NCBI GenBank assembly: GCA_965215335.1
Contig: CBDCDA010000001.1
Location: 1,472,001-1,536,000 of the forward strand
Direction: 5' to 3'
Origin: an uncultured Candidatus Entotheonella sp.
Lineage (GTDB): Bacteria; Tectomicrobia; Entotheonellia; Entotheonellales; Entotheonellaceae
DNA length: 64,000 bases
Of this stretch, positions 33,460 to 43,098 are shown piece after piece (the first letter of the stretch is position 1; each line of letters starts with the position of its first letter). A program made the translations under genes and the position numbers. The notes under the pieces are model-generated. The model was not told the DNA's origin. It made no database searches and worked only from the letters and a program-made list of their open reading frames with translations.

Positions 33460-33544
33460 GCAGGCCGGCTTGGCGCAGCGTAATCCGATCTGCGGCGAGG
33501 AGCGTGATCGGAATGTCGGGTTACGCCTCCGGCCAACCCCCTGC
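33460..33544. repeat. Inverted pair of GTAG-family REP-like palindromes
   Basis: GCAGGCCGGCTTGGCGCAGCGTAATCCGA (+) facing GCAGGGGGTTGGCCGGAGGCGTAACCCGA (-). Confidence 0.6.
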
Positions 33545-33567
33545 AGAAGAACGGACAGGAGCATGCC

Positions 33568-34305
33568 ATGATTTCGGATGCGGACGTGAAGGCATTGGTG
33601 CGCGAGCGCTACGCCGAGGTGGCGCAGGCGGCGGGCTGTTGCGCAGACGATAGTTGCGACACGACCACGCAGCTTTACGACGACGAGCAGATCGACGGGC
33701 TGCCGAGCGAGGCGCTGACGGTGTCGGCGGGCTGCGGCAACCCGACCGCCATCGACGAACTCGAATCCGGCGACACGGTGGTGGACTTCGGTAGCGGCGG
33801 CGGCATCGACTGCCTCATTGCGGCCAAGGCGGTGGGCGTGCAGGGCCGCGTCATCGGCGTGGACATGACGCCCGACATGGTAGACCTCGCGCGCCGCAAC
33901 GCGGCCAGCCTCGGCATGACGAACGTGACGTTTCACCTTGCCGAGATGGAAAGCACACCCATCGCCGGTGCCTCGGTGGACGTGATCATCTCGAACTGCG
34001 TCATCAACCTGGCGCCGGACAAGGACGCGGTGTTCCGTGAGGCGTATCGCATCCTGAAGCCGGGAGGCCGGATGTTCATCTCGGACATGCTGCTTGCGGC
34101 GCCGCTGCCGGCTCACGCGACTGCCGACGCGCGCAACTGGGTGACCTGCCTGTCGGGCGCCGAGCCACAAGAGGTCTATCTCGACAGGATGCGGCAGGCG
34201 GGCTTCGAGCGTATGGAGGTCGTGGACGACAGGCCCTGGCAGGGCGAGCAGGAATGGGCGTCGCGCGTCCACAGCATGAACCTCAAGGCGTACAAGCCGT
34301 TATAG
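33568..34305 (+). CDS. arsM: Arsenite methyltransferase-like SAM-dependent MTase
   Basis: [38 protein letters not shown]. Confidence 0.8.
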   Translation: MISDADVKALVRERYAEVAQAAGCCADDSCDTTTQLYDDEQIDGLPSEALTVSAGCGNPTAIDELESGDTVVDFGSGGGIDCLIAAKAVGVQGRVIGVDMTPDMVDLARRNAASLGMTNVTFHLAEMESTPIAGASVDVIISNCVINLAPDKDAVFREAYRILKPGGRMFISDMLLAAPLPAHATADARNWVTCLSGAEPQEVYLDRMRQAGFERMEVVDDRPWQGEQEWASRVHSMNLKAYKPL

Positions 34306-34321
34306 ATCTTGAAAAGGGAGT

Positions 34322-35101
34322 ATGAACGTGTCGGAGACCATCCTGTACGAAAAAGAAGACCACCTCGTTACCATCACCTACAATCGCCCCGAGCGGCTCA
34401 ACGCCATCAACGGTCAGATGCGCGCGGAACTGAACGCCGCCTGGTTGCGTTTTCGCGACGACACCGACGCCTGGGTGGCCATCCTGACCGGGGCGGGGCG
34501 GGCCTTCTGCGCCGGTGCCGACATCAAGGAGGGCGGCTCGGCGGGCACCTTCGCGGGCACGTACTGGGAAAAACCCACCATCAACTCGTTCGAGAGCGGC
34601 CTGGAGCTGTTCAAGCCCACCATCGCGGCGATCAACGGCCCGTGCCTCGGCTATGGCGTCACCGGCGTATCGTTCTGCGATTTCGTCATCGCCTCGGAGC
34701 AGGCGACCTTTGGCTTCCCGGAAGTGCGCATCGGCGTGCCCACCATCGTCGGCGCGATTCGCATGCCGGGCCGCATCGGCTGGACCAACGCCATGGAACT
34801 GCTGCTCATCGGCGAGCCCGTGGACGCGGCGCGCGCCAAGGAGATGGGACTGGTGTGGAAGGTGGTACCGCACGACGACCTGCTGAGGGAGGCGAAGGCG
34901 CTGGCCGTTCGGCTCTGCCAATCGGCGCCGCTGGCCGTGCGTGCCACCAAGGAGGTGGCGGTGCGCACCCGCAGCCTGCCGTGGACCGAAGCGGTGCGTT
35001 TTGGCGAAACCATGCGGCTGGTGGCCGGCGAAACCGCTGACGCCAACGAAGGCAGGCAGGCGTTCAGGGAGAAACGCTCCCCGGTCTGGCAGGGCAAGTA
35101 A
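34322..35101 (+). CDS. Enoyl-CoA hydratase/isomerase family protein
   Basis: NRPERLNA, AFCAGADIKE, KPTIAAING, FGFPEV. Confidence 0.92.
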   Translation: MNVSETILYEKEDHLVTITYNRPERLNAINGQMRAELNAAWLRFRDDTDAWVAILTGAGRAFCAGADIKEGGSAGTFAGTYWEKPTINSFESGLELFKPTIAAINGPCLGYGVTGVSFCDFVIASEQATFGFPEVRIGVPTIVGAIRMPGRIGWTNAMELLLIGEPVDAARAKEMGLVWKVVPHDDLLREAKALAVRLCQSAPLAVRATKEVAVRTRSLPWTEAVRFGETMRLVAGETADANEGRQAFREKRSPVWQGK

Positions 35102-35145
35102 ACCGAGCCCGCAAGACGGTGGGCCAAGTCTCACGCCGTGACCCG

Positions 35146-36297
35146 TCAACAGCCCACCAGGGTCTCCGCCACCAGCATATCGACGACGTGCTTCAGCGCC
35201 TCGTGGTCATCGGTGCCCTCGGCGACGGCTTTGTGAAACGTGTCCAGTTGCCAGTGGGCGCTCGTCCCCCGCGCCACGATGGTGCGGGCATGCTCGACTT
35301 CATCCACACAACCGAAATGCTCGGCGTCCTCCCGCACGAACTCGATGATCTCGTCAATGAGGTCGGGGTATGGTACCACCTCGCCGCGCCCGAAGTCGAT
35401 CAGTCCCTCATCGACGCCGAAGCGATGCGCGCGCCAACGGTTCTCCTCGATGAGCAGCCGCGGGTAGCGCCGCCAGCGCTGGTTGCTGCGCCGCAGGCGG
35501 TACAGCAGCCGCAGCCAGCAGCGATACAGCGCCGCGATGCACACCGCGTCCTCGACGCGGGTGCACAGGTCCGGGATGCGCATTTCGAGGGTCGGGAAGC
35601 GCCCGCTGGGCCGCACGTCCCACCACAGCTCGGTACTGTCGCGGATGACGCCGCAGTGCACCAGAACGCCGATGTGGCGTTGAAATTCGCCGTAACTTTC
35701 GAACAACTCCGGCAGCCCGGTGCGTGGCAATTCGTCCCACACCGCGAGGCGATACGACTTCAGCCCGGTATCGTGTCCCTGCCAGAACGGCGACGAGGTG
35801 CTGAGGGCGAGAAAGTGCGGCAGCACGTAGCTCACCTGGCCGATGAAATCGTTGCGCATCTCGTCGCCGTCGAGGCCCACGTGCACGTGCATGCCGCTGA
35901 TCAGCAGGCGCCGCCCTACCTCCTGCATTTGCGCGGTGAGGCTGTCGTAACGTTCCTTGCGGGTGCGCTGAATCTCCAGCGCCTGCGCGAACGGATGGGT
36001 GGAGGCAGCGATGATCTCGAAGCCGTATTCGCGCACCACGTCCGAGACGCCGCGGCGCAGGTGCATGAGTTCATCCCGTCCCTCCTGCACCGTGTTGCAG
36101 ACGCGCGTGCCGATCTCGATCTGGCACTGCATGAGCTCGGTGGTGACCTGTCCGCCGAGCCGCTCGTTGCACGTCTGCATCATGTCCGGTGGCGCCTCGT
36201 GAATGAGGTTGCGCGTCTCGCGGTCGACAACGAGATACTCCTCCTCGATGCCCACGGTGAACGGGATGTCCGGGTAGGATGCAGACTTGCTGCTCAT
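35146..36297 (-). CDS. Carboxylate-amine ligase (YbdK/GCS2 family)
   Basis: TVGIEEEY, GMHVHVG, SSPFW, WWDVRP, TLEMR. Confidence 0.92.
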   Translation of the reverse strand: MSSKSASYPDIPFTVGIEEEYLVVDRETRNLIHEAPPDMMQTCNERLGGQVTTELMQCQIEIGTRVCNTVQEGRDELMHLRRGVSDVVREYGFEIIAASTHPFAQALEIQRTRKERYDSLTAQMQEVGRRLLISGMHVHVGLDGDEMRNDFIGQVSYVLPHFLALSTSSPFWQGHDTGLKSYRLAVWDELPRTGLPELFESYGEFQRHIGVLVHCGVIRDSTELWWDVRPSGRFPTLEMRIPDLCTRVEDAVCIAALYRCWLRLLYRLRRSNQRWRRYPRLLIEENRWRAHRFGVDEGLIDFGRGEVVPYPDLIDEIIEFVREDAEHFGCVDEVEHARTIVARGTSAHWQLDTFHKAVAEGTDDHEALKHVVDMLVAETLVGC

Positions 36298-36313
36298 TCG
36301 ACGTCTCCCTGGA

Positions 36314-37516
36314 TCATGCCGCCGGGGCGTCGCCAAGCGGCGCGCCGACGATGCCCTGGGCGATCAGGTCGTCGATCTGCGCCGCATCGTAGCCGTGTTC
36401 GCGGAGAACGGCCGCCGTGTGCTCGCCGAGGTGCGGGGCGTGCAGCAGGTTGTCGGGATCACAAGGGCCAACGCCGGCCGTGTTGGCCAGCGGCATGGTG
36501 CCGACGTCGGGATGATCGAACCACGTCAGCGCGCCGCTGTCGACGGCCTGCGGGTGCGCCATGAAATCGCTGTACGTGTTGATTCGTTCGTGCAGCAGTC
36601 CGGCGGCCGTCAGGCGTTCGCACCAGGTGTCGGACGACTGCCGGGCGATGGCCTTGCGGATGGCCGGCTCCAACGTGCCGCGCCGCTCCTCGCGCTGCAT
36701 CACCGTCTTGTAATCCGGGTGATCGCGGAACTCGGCCAGGCCGAGGCTGTCGCACAGCACCGGGAAGTTGTGGTCGTGCAGGCAAATGACGTTGATAAAG
36801 CCGTCGGTGGTGGCGAAAATGCCGCTCGGGTAGATGCCCAGCGGACGCTCCGCGCCGAGCAGGTGCTCGCTGGCCAGGCTCATGTTGTAAAACGACGCTG
36901 CGCCGCGCAGCAGGCTGTTGTCGATGTAGCATCCCTCACCCGCGCTCTGCCGCGCCCACAGGGCCGCCTGCACGGCCTGCAGGTTATACAGCGACGTGGC
37001 CAGGTCGACGATCGGCACCCCGGCGCGGTGCGGGATGTTGTCGGAGCCGCGGTTGACCGACATGAACCCCGAAAACGCCTGCAGCACGCCGTCGGTGGCG
37101 GGGCGTTCGCGCAGCGGCCCTGCCTGCCCGAAGCCGGACACGGACAGGTAGATGACGCGCGGGTTGAGGTCGGTAACGACCTTGTAGCCGAGCCCGAGGC
37201 GATCGCTGACGCCAGGGCGGAAGCCTTCCATGAAGATGTCCGCCTCGGCGGCAAGCCGACGCACGATGGCCACGCCCCGGGTGGTTTTCAGGTCCACGAC
37301 GATGCTGCGCTTGCCGAGATTGGCGATCACGAACGACGGCGTCAGGTCGCCGAACGGTCTGTCCTTGCCCTTGGGGCGCATCCAGTCGCCGCGCTGCGGC
37401 TCGACCTTGATCACGTCGGCTCCCTGCTGAGACAGCAGCGCCGAGGCGTAGGGGCCGGCGATGCCCTGGCTCAGGTCGACAACCTTGACGCCGGCGTATG
37501 GCCTGGCATAGCTCAC
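36314..37516 (-). CDS. CaiB/BaiF family III CoA-transferase
   Basis: GVKVVDLSQGIAGP, GADVIKVEP, NLGKRS, PHLGEHT. Confidence 0.92.
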   Translation of the reverse strand: MSYARPYAGVKVVDLSQGIAGPYASALLSQQGADVIKVEPQRGDWMRPKGKDRPFGDLTPSFVIANLGKRSIVVDLKTTRGVAIVRRLAAEADIFMEGFRPGVSDRLGLGYKVVTDLNPRVIYLSVSGFGQAGPLRERPATDGVLQAFSGFMSVNRGSDNIPHRAGVPIVDLATSLYNLQAVQAALWARQSAGEGCYIDNSLLRGAASFYNMSLASEHLLGAERPLGIYPSGIFATTDGFINVICLHDHNFPVLCDSLGLAEFRDHPDYKTVMQREERRGTLEPAIRKAIARQSSDTWCERLTAAGLLHERINTYSDFMAHPQAVDSGALTWFDHPDVGTMPLANTAGVGPCDPDNLLHAPHLGEHTAAVLREHGYDAAQIDDLIAQGIVGAPLGDAPAA

Positions 37517-37526
37517 GGGTTCCTCC

Positions 37527-38486
37527 TTACGGCGCCACCTGCGGCAGGATGTCGGCGGCGCAGCGCTCGAGCTGGCCGACCTGGTCCGGGCAGGCGAAGC
37601 GGATGACGATGGTCTGCGCGCCGGCCGCGGCGAAGTCCCGCAGCCAGGCAATGCAGGTGTCGGGCGTGCCGTAGCATATGCTCTGCAGGCGGGCGATCAC
37701 GTCGTAGGGGGCGTTGTAATAGTTCTCGACGAACGTCTTCGTCTCCCGCTCGGCCTGGGTCGCGTCGTCGTTGACGTTCAGGGTGGTATACACGCAGCGG
37801 TGCAGCTCCTGGGGGTCGCGTCCGGCCGCGCGGGCGAAGCCGTCCAGTTGCTGTGACTGCTCGGCGAACACCTGCGGCGACACGGGATTTGGGTACCAGC
37901 CGTCGCCGAGGCGGGCGACGCGGCGCAGGGCGTTGTCGACCGAGCCGGCGATCCACATCGGGATGCCCGAGGCGTTGTACGGGCGCAGGCCGAGGCTGAC
38001 GTCCTGCAGTTGGAAGTGGCGCCCGCTGAAGGTGACGCCGGGCTCGCGCCACAGACGGCGCATGAGGGTCACGGTTTCCTCGAAAATGCCCAGGCGGTGG
38101 TCGATGGAGACACCGCACGCCTCGAATTCGGCGCGCACCGCGGGCATTTTGGCGGCGACGCCGAGACCGAGGATGAGGCGACCTTCGCTGAGCAGATCGA
38201 CGTTGGCGGCTTCGTTGGCCATGACGACCGGATGGCGCAGCGCCGGCAGCAGCACCGCGGTGCCCACTTTGACGCGCCGGGCGCGGGCGGCGACGGCCGC
38301 CAGAGTGGTGAAGGCTTCCAGGCGCGGCCGCGCGAGGATGCTGTCGCCCACCCAGACCGAGTCGAAGTCGAGCGCTTCGGCGCGTTCGGCCAGAGCGACG
38401 ATCCGGCTCACGTCGGGGGTTGCCTGGCTCATGACGAGTTCGCGGGTCGGCAGCAGGAAGCCGTAGGAAACCGCAGAATCGGCCAT
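37527..38486 (-). CDS. LLM-class flavin-dependent oxidoreductase
   Basis: AEALDFDSVWVGDS, DLLSEGRLILGLG, RVARLGDGW. Confidence 0.9.
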   Translation of the reverse strand: MADSAVSYGFLLPTRELVMSQATPDVSRIVALAERAEALDFDSVWVGDSILARPRLEAFTTLAAVAARARRVKVGTAVLLPALRHPVVMANEAANVDLLSEGRLILGLGVAAKMPAVRAEFEACGVSIDHRLGIFEETVTLMRRLWREPGVTFSGRHFQLQDVSLGLRPYNASGIPMWIAGSVDNALRRVARLGDGWYPNPVSPQVFAEQSQQLDGFARAAGRDPQELHRCVYTTLNVNDDATQAERETKTFVENYYNAPYDVIARLQSICYGTPDTCIAWLRDFAAAGAQTIVIRFACPDQVGQLERCAADILPQVAP

Positions 38487-38667
38487 CCCGATCAATCCTC
38501 CTTTTATGTGGTGTTCATTAAGGAAATCGTGCCGCAGGGACGGGCATGCATCGTAGCAGATTGTCCGCCGTTCCTCCACCGTACCGCTGCCCGGCTATCG
38601 ACTGACCGGGCCCCTGTGATACCATGCCCGCCGACGCCATTGCGCAACCTCTCACCCGGGAGTTTCT

Positions 38668-39651
38668 ATGCAAACCACTCGTTCTGCCGTATGGGCCTTG
38701 GCCGGGGTCGCCGTGGGATTCGGCCTGCCGGTCGTGGCGCTCATCGGCCTCATCATCGCAGTGGGATTCGGCGCCGCGCGACTCACCGGCGACGCCGCGC
38801 CGTCCGCCGCCCGCTACACGCAGATTGCCGGGCCGGAAAACGGGCCGGCGGTGGCCGTGCTGGACGTCGTCGGGCCCATCGTCAGCGGCAGCACGTCGTC
38901 GTTTGAAACCCGCGTCGTGACGGCCTCGGGCGACCTCGTGCCGCTGATCCGTCGCGCCGCCGACAACCCGGACGTCGCCGCGCTGGTGCTACGCCTCAAC
39001 AGCCCCGGCGGCTCGGTCGTCGGCGCGGACGAAATCTACCACGCCCTGCGCGTGACGCAGAAGCCCGTGGTGGCGTTCCTGCGGGAGGTGGCCGCTTCCG
39101 GGGCTTACTACATCAGCATGGTCGCCGGGCACATCGTCGCCAACCCCAGCTCACTCACCGGCTCGATCGGCGTGATCGGCCAGTTTCCCAACGCCGAGGC
39201 GCTGATGGAGAAGATCGGCGTTCAGGTCACCACCATCAAATCCGGCAAGTCCAAGGACATCGGCAACCCATTCCGGGCCATGAGCGACGCGGAGCAGGCC
39301 ATCTTTCAGGGCATCGTGGACGAGACCTACGGACGCTTCGTGGACATTGTGGCGCGCGGCCGCAACCTGCCGGAAGAGCAGGTGAGAAAGCTGGCCGACG
39401 GCCGCATCTATACCGGCCAGAAGGCCCTGGAAGTGGGCCTGGTGGATGCTCTCGGCTACCAGCAGGACGCCCTTGAGGCCGCCGCCCGGCTGGGAGGCAT
39501 TGACGGCGAGCCGCGTGTTTTGCATTATCGCAGGCGGGGCGGCTTCCTCGACCTGATCGGCGCCAGCGACTGGATTGCCGGCGCGGCGGCGCCGCAACGC
39601 TGGCTCCGGCGCCTGCTGGCGCCGTCGCTGGAATACCGCTGGGAGCCTTGA
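38668..39651 (+). CDS. sppA: Signal peptide peptidase SppA (S49)
   Basis: LNSPGGS, AASGAYY, TGSIGV, ADGRIYTG. Confidence 0.92.
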   Translation: MQTTRSAVWALAGVAVGFGLPVVALIGLIIAVGFGAARLTGDAAPSAARYTQIAGPENGPAVAVLDVVGPIVSGSTSSFETRVVTASGDLVPLIRRAADNPDVAALVLRLNSPGGSVVGADEIYHALRVTQKPVVAFLREVAASGAYYISMVAGHIVANPSSLTGSIGVIGQFPNAEALMEKIGVQVTTIKSGKSKDIGNPFRAMSDAEQAIFQGIVDETYGRFVDIVARGRNLPEEQVRKLADGRIYTGQKALEVGLVDALGYQQDALEAAARLGGIDGEPRVLHYRRRGGFLDLIGASDWIAGAAAPQRWLRRLLAPSLEYRWEP

Positions 39652-39690
39652 GCCCTTGACATACTCGAAACCCCATGAAGGAGACGGCCC

Positions 39691-41064
39691 ATGACGGCCA
39701 GCAGCAAGCACGACAGGACGATTGAGCAGGAATACGCGGCGCGTTTTCCGCAGTCGCAGCAGTTGCACCGGCAGGCGGCGGCGCACCTGCCCGGCGGCGT
39801 CACGCACATGGCGCGGTCGTTCGAGCCGTTTCCGATCTATGTCGACCGCTGTGTCGGGCCGTACAAGTGGGACGTGGACGGCAACCGCTACATCGACTAC
39901 TGGACCGGCCACGGCGCCATGCTGCTGGGGCACGCCCACCCGGCAGTGGTCGAGGCGATCCAGGAACAGGCGGCCAGGGGCACGCACGCCGGCGGTAGCA
40001 CACGGCGCGAGATCGAGTGGGCGCAGCTGATCATGGACCTGGTGCCCTGCTCCGAGTCGGTGAAATTCACCAGTTCCGGCACCGAGGCGACCCTGCTGGC
40101 CCTGCGCGCGGCGCGGGCGGCAACCGGCAAGAGCAAGGTCATCAAGTTCGAGGGGCATTTTCACGGCTGGCACGACTACGTGGCGTGCGGCGTCGTGGAG
40201 CCGTTCGACGTGCCGCTGTCGGCCGGCGTCCCGGAGGCGGTGCAGGACACGATCATCCTGGTGCCGTTCAACGATCCCGACGCCCTGACCGCCGCGCTGG
40301 ACGCCTCGGACGACATCGCCGCGGTGATCGCCGAGCCGGGCGGCTCCTACGACGACGCGGTGCCCTCCAACCCGGCCTTTCTCGCCCATCTGCGGGCCGA
40401 GACGGCGCGTCGCGGCGTGGTGCTGATCTTCGATGAGGTGGTGACGGGCTTTCGCTACGCGGTCGGCGGCGCGCAGGAGTATTTCGGTATCACGCCGGAC
40501 CTGACGACGTTGGCCAAGGTGATGGCCGGCGGGCTGAACGGCGGCGCGGTGGTGGGGCGCCGGGACGTCATGGCGGTGTTCGAGTCCAAGTCGGACGCGC
40601 ACTGGAACCGCTATCAGATGGTGCCGCATCCGGGAACCTTCAACGCCAATCCGCTGTCCGCCGCGGCCGGCGTGGCGGCCCTCAAGATCATCGCCAGCGG
40701 CGAGCCCACCAATCACGCCCAGGAAATGATGGACCTGATGAAGCGCGGCTTCAACGAGGTGCTCGCCCGTCGCGGCGTGCCGGGCTGCGCCTACGGACGC
40801 GCCTCGATCTTCAAGACGTACATCGGCGCCGAGGCGCCACGCCTCGCCCGCCTCGATTTCAGCAACCTCAAGGACGATACCGCTGCCCTGCTGCGCAGTA
40901 CGCCCCTCACCCCCTTGCTGCGCAAGGGCATGCTGCTCAACGGCGTCGACCTGATGCGCGCCGCCGGCTTCCTCTCCGCCGCCCACACGCCCGACATCGT
41001 CGAGGAAACGGTGCAGGCGTTCGACCGCACCCTGGTCCGCCTGCAGGCGGAGGGCGCGGTGTAG
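39691..41064 (+). CDS. Class III PLP aminotransferase (GSA aminomutase-like)
   Basis: DVDGNRYID, SGTEA, FEGHFHG, IFDEVVTGFR, PDLTTLAK. Confidence 0.88.
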   Translation: MTASSKHDRTIEQEYAARFPQSQQLHRQAAAHLPGGVTHMARSFEPFPIYVDRCVGPYKWDVDGNRYIDYWTGHGAMLLGHAHPAVVEAIQEQAARGTHAGGSTRREIEWAQLIMDLVPCSESVKFTSSGTEATLLALRAARAATGKSKVIKFEGHFHGWHDYVACGVVEPFDVPLSAGVPEAVQDTIILVPFNDPDALTAALDASDDIAAVIAEPGGSYDDAVPSNPAFLAHLRAETARRGVVLIFDEVVTGFRYAVGGAQEYFGITPDLTTLAKVMAGGLNGGAVVGRRDVMAVFESKSDAHWNRYQMVPHPGTFNANPLSAAAGVAALKIIASGEPTNHAQEMMDLMKRGFNEVLARRGVPGCAYGRASIFKTYIGAEAPRLARLDFSNLKDDTAALLRSTPLTPLLRKGMLLNGVDLMRAAGFLSAAHTPDIVEETVQAFDRTLVRLQAEGAV

Positions 41065-41083
41065 GCCGGATTGGCGCTGCGCG
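41061..41083 (+). repeat. GTAG-family REP-like element overlapping the stop codon
   Basis: GTAGGCCGGATTGGCGCTGCG, close to the copy at 33460. Confidence 0.45.
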
Positions 41084-41230
41084 ACGCGCTCTATGAGAAC
41101 CCATCCGGGGCACACATCGGAGGGGCGATTGGGCTGATTTTGCCCGTTTCGGGCAAAAATGGTGGAGTGGATTACACCCTCTTACAAGTCAAGTTCATGC
41201 AGGAGGCCTTCGACGCTCATAGGGATGACT

Positions 41231-41436
41231 TCATGCCTTCAGGGCCTCATCGCGCACGAAGTGCAGGCGAATCAACCCGGGTCGGGCCATCGTTGCATCG
41301 AAGTAGCAGTCAACCGCCTCCTTGACGTCGTAGCGGATTTCTTCCAGCGACTCGCCCTAGGTGTGGATGCCGTAGCTCAGCGCACGGGCCGAATATCCAC
41401 CTCGTCCTCGATGACTTCGAAGATGATCTCGGTCAT
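41231..41436 (-). pseudogene. HicB-like antitoxin pseudogene
   Basis: MTEIIFEVIEDE, frameshift, GYSARALSYGIHT*GESLEEIRYDVKEAVDCYFD...LIRLHFVRDEALKA; internal TAG at 41357-41359; GGAGGT RBS. Confidence 0.75.
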
Positions 41437-41520
41437 CACGTAACCTCCGGTCTCCCCTTCATAGGCTGCATGCAGAGAACTGACGATGCTGAGCGTGCGC
41501 AACCATTCGACGTACGCGCC

Positions 41521-41928
41521 TCACACCGCCTTGGCGAACAGCACCAGCCCCAGGATGGCGACGGCGACGTAAGCCGCCAGAACCGCGGCGCCGGGGTAGT
41601 CCTTGGCGAGCCGCTGGCCGAAGAACAGGCAGAGCAGTGCCAGCAGCGCCAGCTCAAGCCCGGCGATGGCGAGGCCGCTGCTCGTGCCGATGAGCAGCAG
41701 GATGAACCCGACGCCGCAGCACAGGCCGGTGACGGTTTCCAGAGCGGTGATGAGCCAGAACATCAGCGGCACCACGCCGCGCAGCGGGCTGGCGGCAAAA
41801 TGGCCGTTGAGGAACGCCAGGTTGCCCTGGCCGTCGATGAGCTTGTCGGCCGCCGACTGCAAGAACGCAATCGCAAAGAACGCCGTCACCGCCAGTTGTC
41901 CGAACCACAAGGGTTCTAACCGATCCAT
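41521..41928 (-). CDS. DoxX-family membrane protein
   Basis: FLQSAADK, HFAASPL, FFGQRLAKDYPGAA; four TM segments. Confidence 0.8.
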   Translation of the reverse strand: MDRLEPLWFGQLAVTAFFAIAFLQSAADKLIDGQGNLAFLNGHFAASPLRGVVPLMFWLITALETVTGLCCGVGFILLLIGTSSGLAIAGLELALLALLCLFFGQRLAKDYPGAAVLAAYVAVAILGLVLFAKAV

Positions 41929-41967
41929 GGTTGCCCCCTTCCCATTGGTACTCACCTCGCCCCCACC

Positions 41968-42912
41968 TCACGCTGGCACGCCGGGCCGCACGTCGCTGGT
42001 GAAGCGGTCCATGACGCGCTGTATCTCGGCAATGTCCGACGTCATGATGTCGAACACCATGTGGCTGACGCCGCAATCGGCATACCGTGCGATGTCGTCC
42101 TGGATGGCGGCGGGGCTGCCGGTGAGCGGCCGGCGGTCGGCCCCGGCGTTGTCGGCAAAGACGATGGGGCCGCGGAACGAGATGGTCACGTCCTGCGGGT
42201 TGCGGCCCACCCGGCTGGCTTCATCGCGCAGGCGCGTCGCCGCGCTCTTCATCTCGTCGGGCGTCAGGTTGGCGGGCGGCCGCAGACCGATGGGGTGCCA
42301 GCCGTCGCCCAGGCGAGCGGCGCGGCGAATGGCCGGGCCGGTGTGGCCGCCGATCCAGATCGGCGGGTGCGGGCTTCGCACCGGGCGCGGTGCGAAGCCG
42401 ATGTTGTCAAAGCGCACGTGCTCGCCGTGGAAGCTGGGCAAATCGTCGGTCCACAGGGTACGGAAGACGCGGATATATTCGTCGCTGACGGCGCCACGCT
42501 GCCGGAAGGTGTCCAGGCCGAGCGCCTCGAATTCCTCCTCCATCCAGCCCACGCCGACGCCGAGAATGACCCGCCCGCCCGACAGGGTGTCGAGGGTGGA
42601 GACGATCTTGGCAGTCAGCAGCGCGTTGCGGTAGGGCAGGATGAGCACGCTGGTGCCGAGTTGCACGCGCGCCGTGCACGCCGCCAGGTAGGTCAGCGTG
42701 GTCAGCGGCTCGTAGTAATCCTGCTCCGGCGCGGCGGGAAAGGCGCCGTTCGGGTCATACGGGTAGAACGACTCGATCTGCTGCGGCACGATGATGTGAT
42801 CGCTTACCCAGATCGAGTCCAGGCCCACCGTCTCGGCATGCTGCGCCAGCAGCCGCAGATTGTCCGTCGTGGTCGTCGCTCCCCGGCTGGGAAGGCTTAC
42901 CCCAAACTCCAT
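41968..42912 (-). CDS. LLM-class (putatively F420-dependent) oxidoreductase
   Basis: DSIWVSDH, LDTLSGGRVILGVGVGWMEEEF, PPIWIGG, GDGWHP. Confidence 0.9.
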   Translation of the reverse strand: MEFGVSLPSRGATTTTDNLRLLAQHAETVGLDSIWVSDHIIVPQQIESFYPYDPNGAFPAAPEQDYYEPLTTLTYLAACTARVQLGTSVLILPYRNALLTAKIVSTLDTLSGGRVILGVGVGWMEEEFEALGLDTFRQRGAVSDEYIRVFRTLWTDDLPSFHGEHVRFDNIGFAPRPVRSPHPPIWIGGHTGPAIRRAARLGDGWHPIGLRPPANLTPDEMKSAATRLRDEASRVGRNPQDVTISFRGPIVFADNAGADRRPLTGSPAAIQDDIARYADCGVSHMVFDIMTSDIAEIQRVMDRFTSDVRPGVPA

Positions 42913-43098
42913 TCGTGATTCTCCTTGTGCGTGGTTTCATGCGGTCGCGCGGCCTGCCCGTCGCTGGCTTCGCCGGGCTGCTTTGTAGCATGACATGCCA
43001 CCCGCGGGCAACATGACCGCCGCCTTGTTGCCCCTCATAAACTCCGTTACACTGCCCGTACCCCACATCGGCGAGCCTGGACGAAAGGAACGAAATCC

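Noticed and set aside
39151..41115. 654-aa antisense ORF (and similar long antisense ORFs over gyrA, mnmG, glcD)
   Set aside because: They mirror well-supported genes on the opposite strand; a codon-bias artefact
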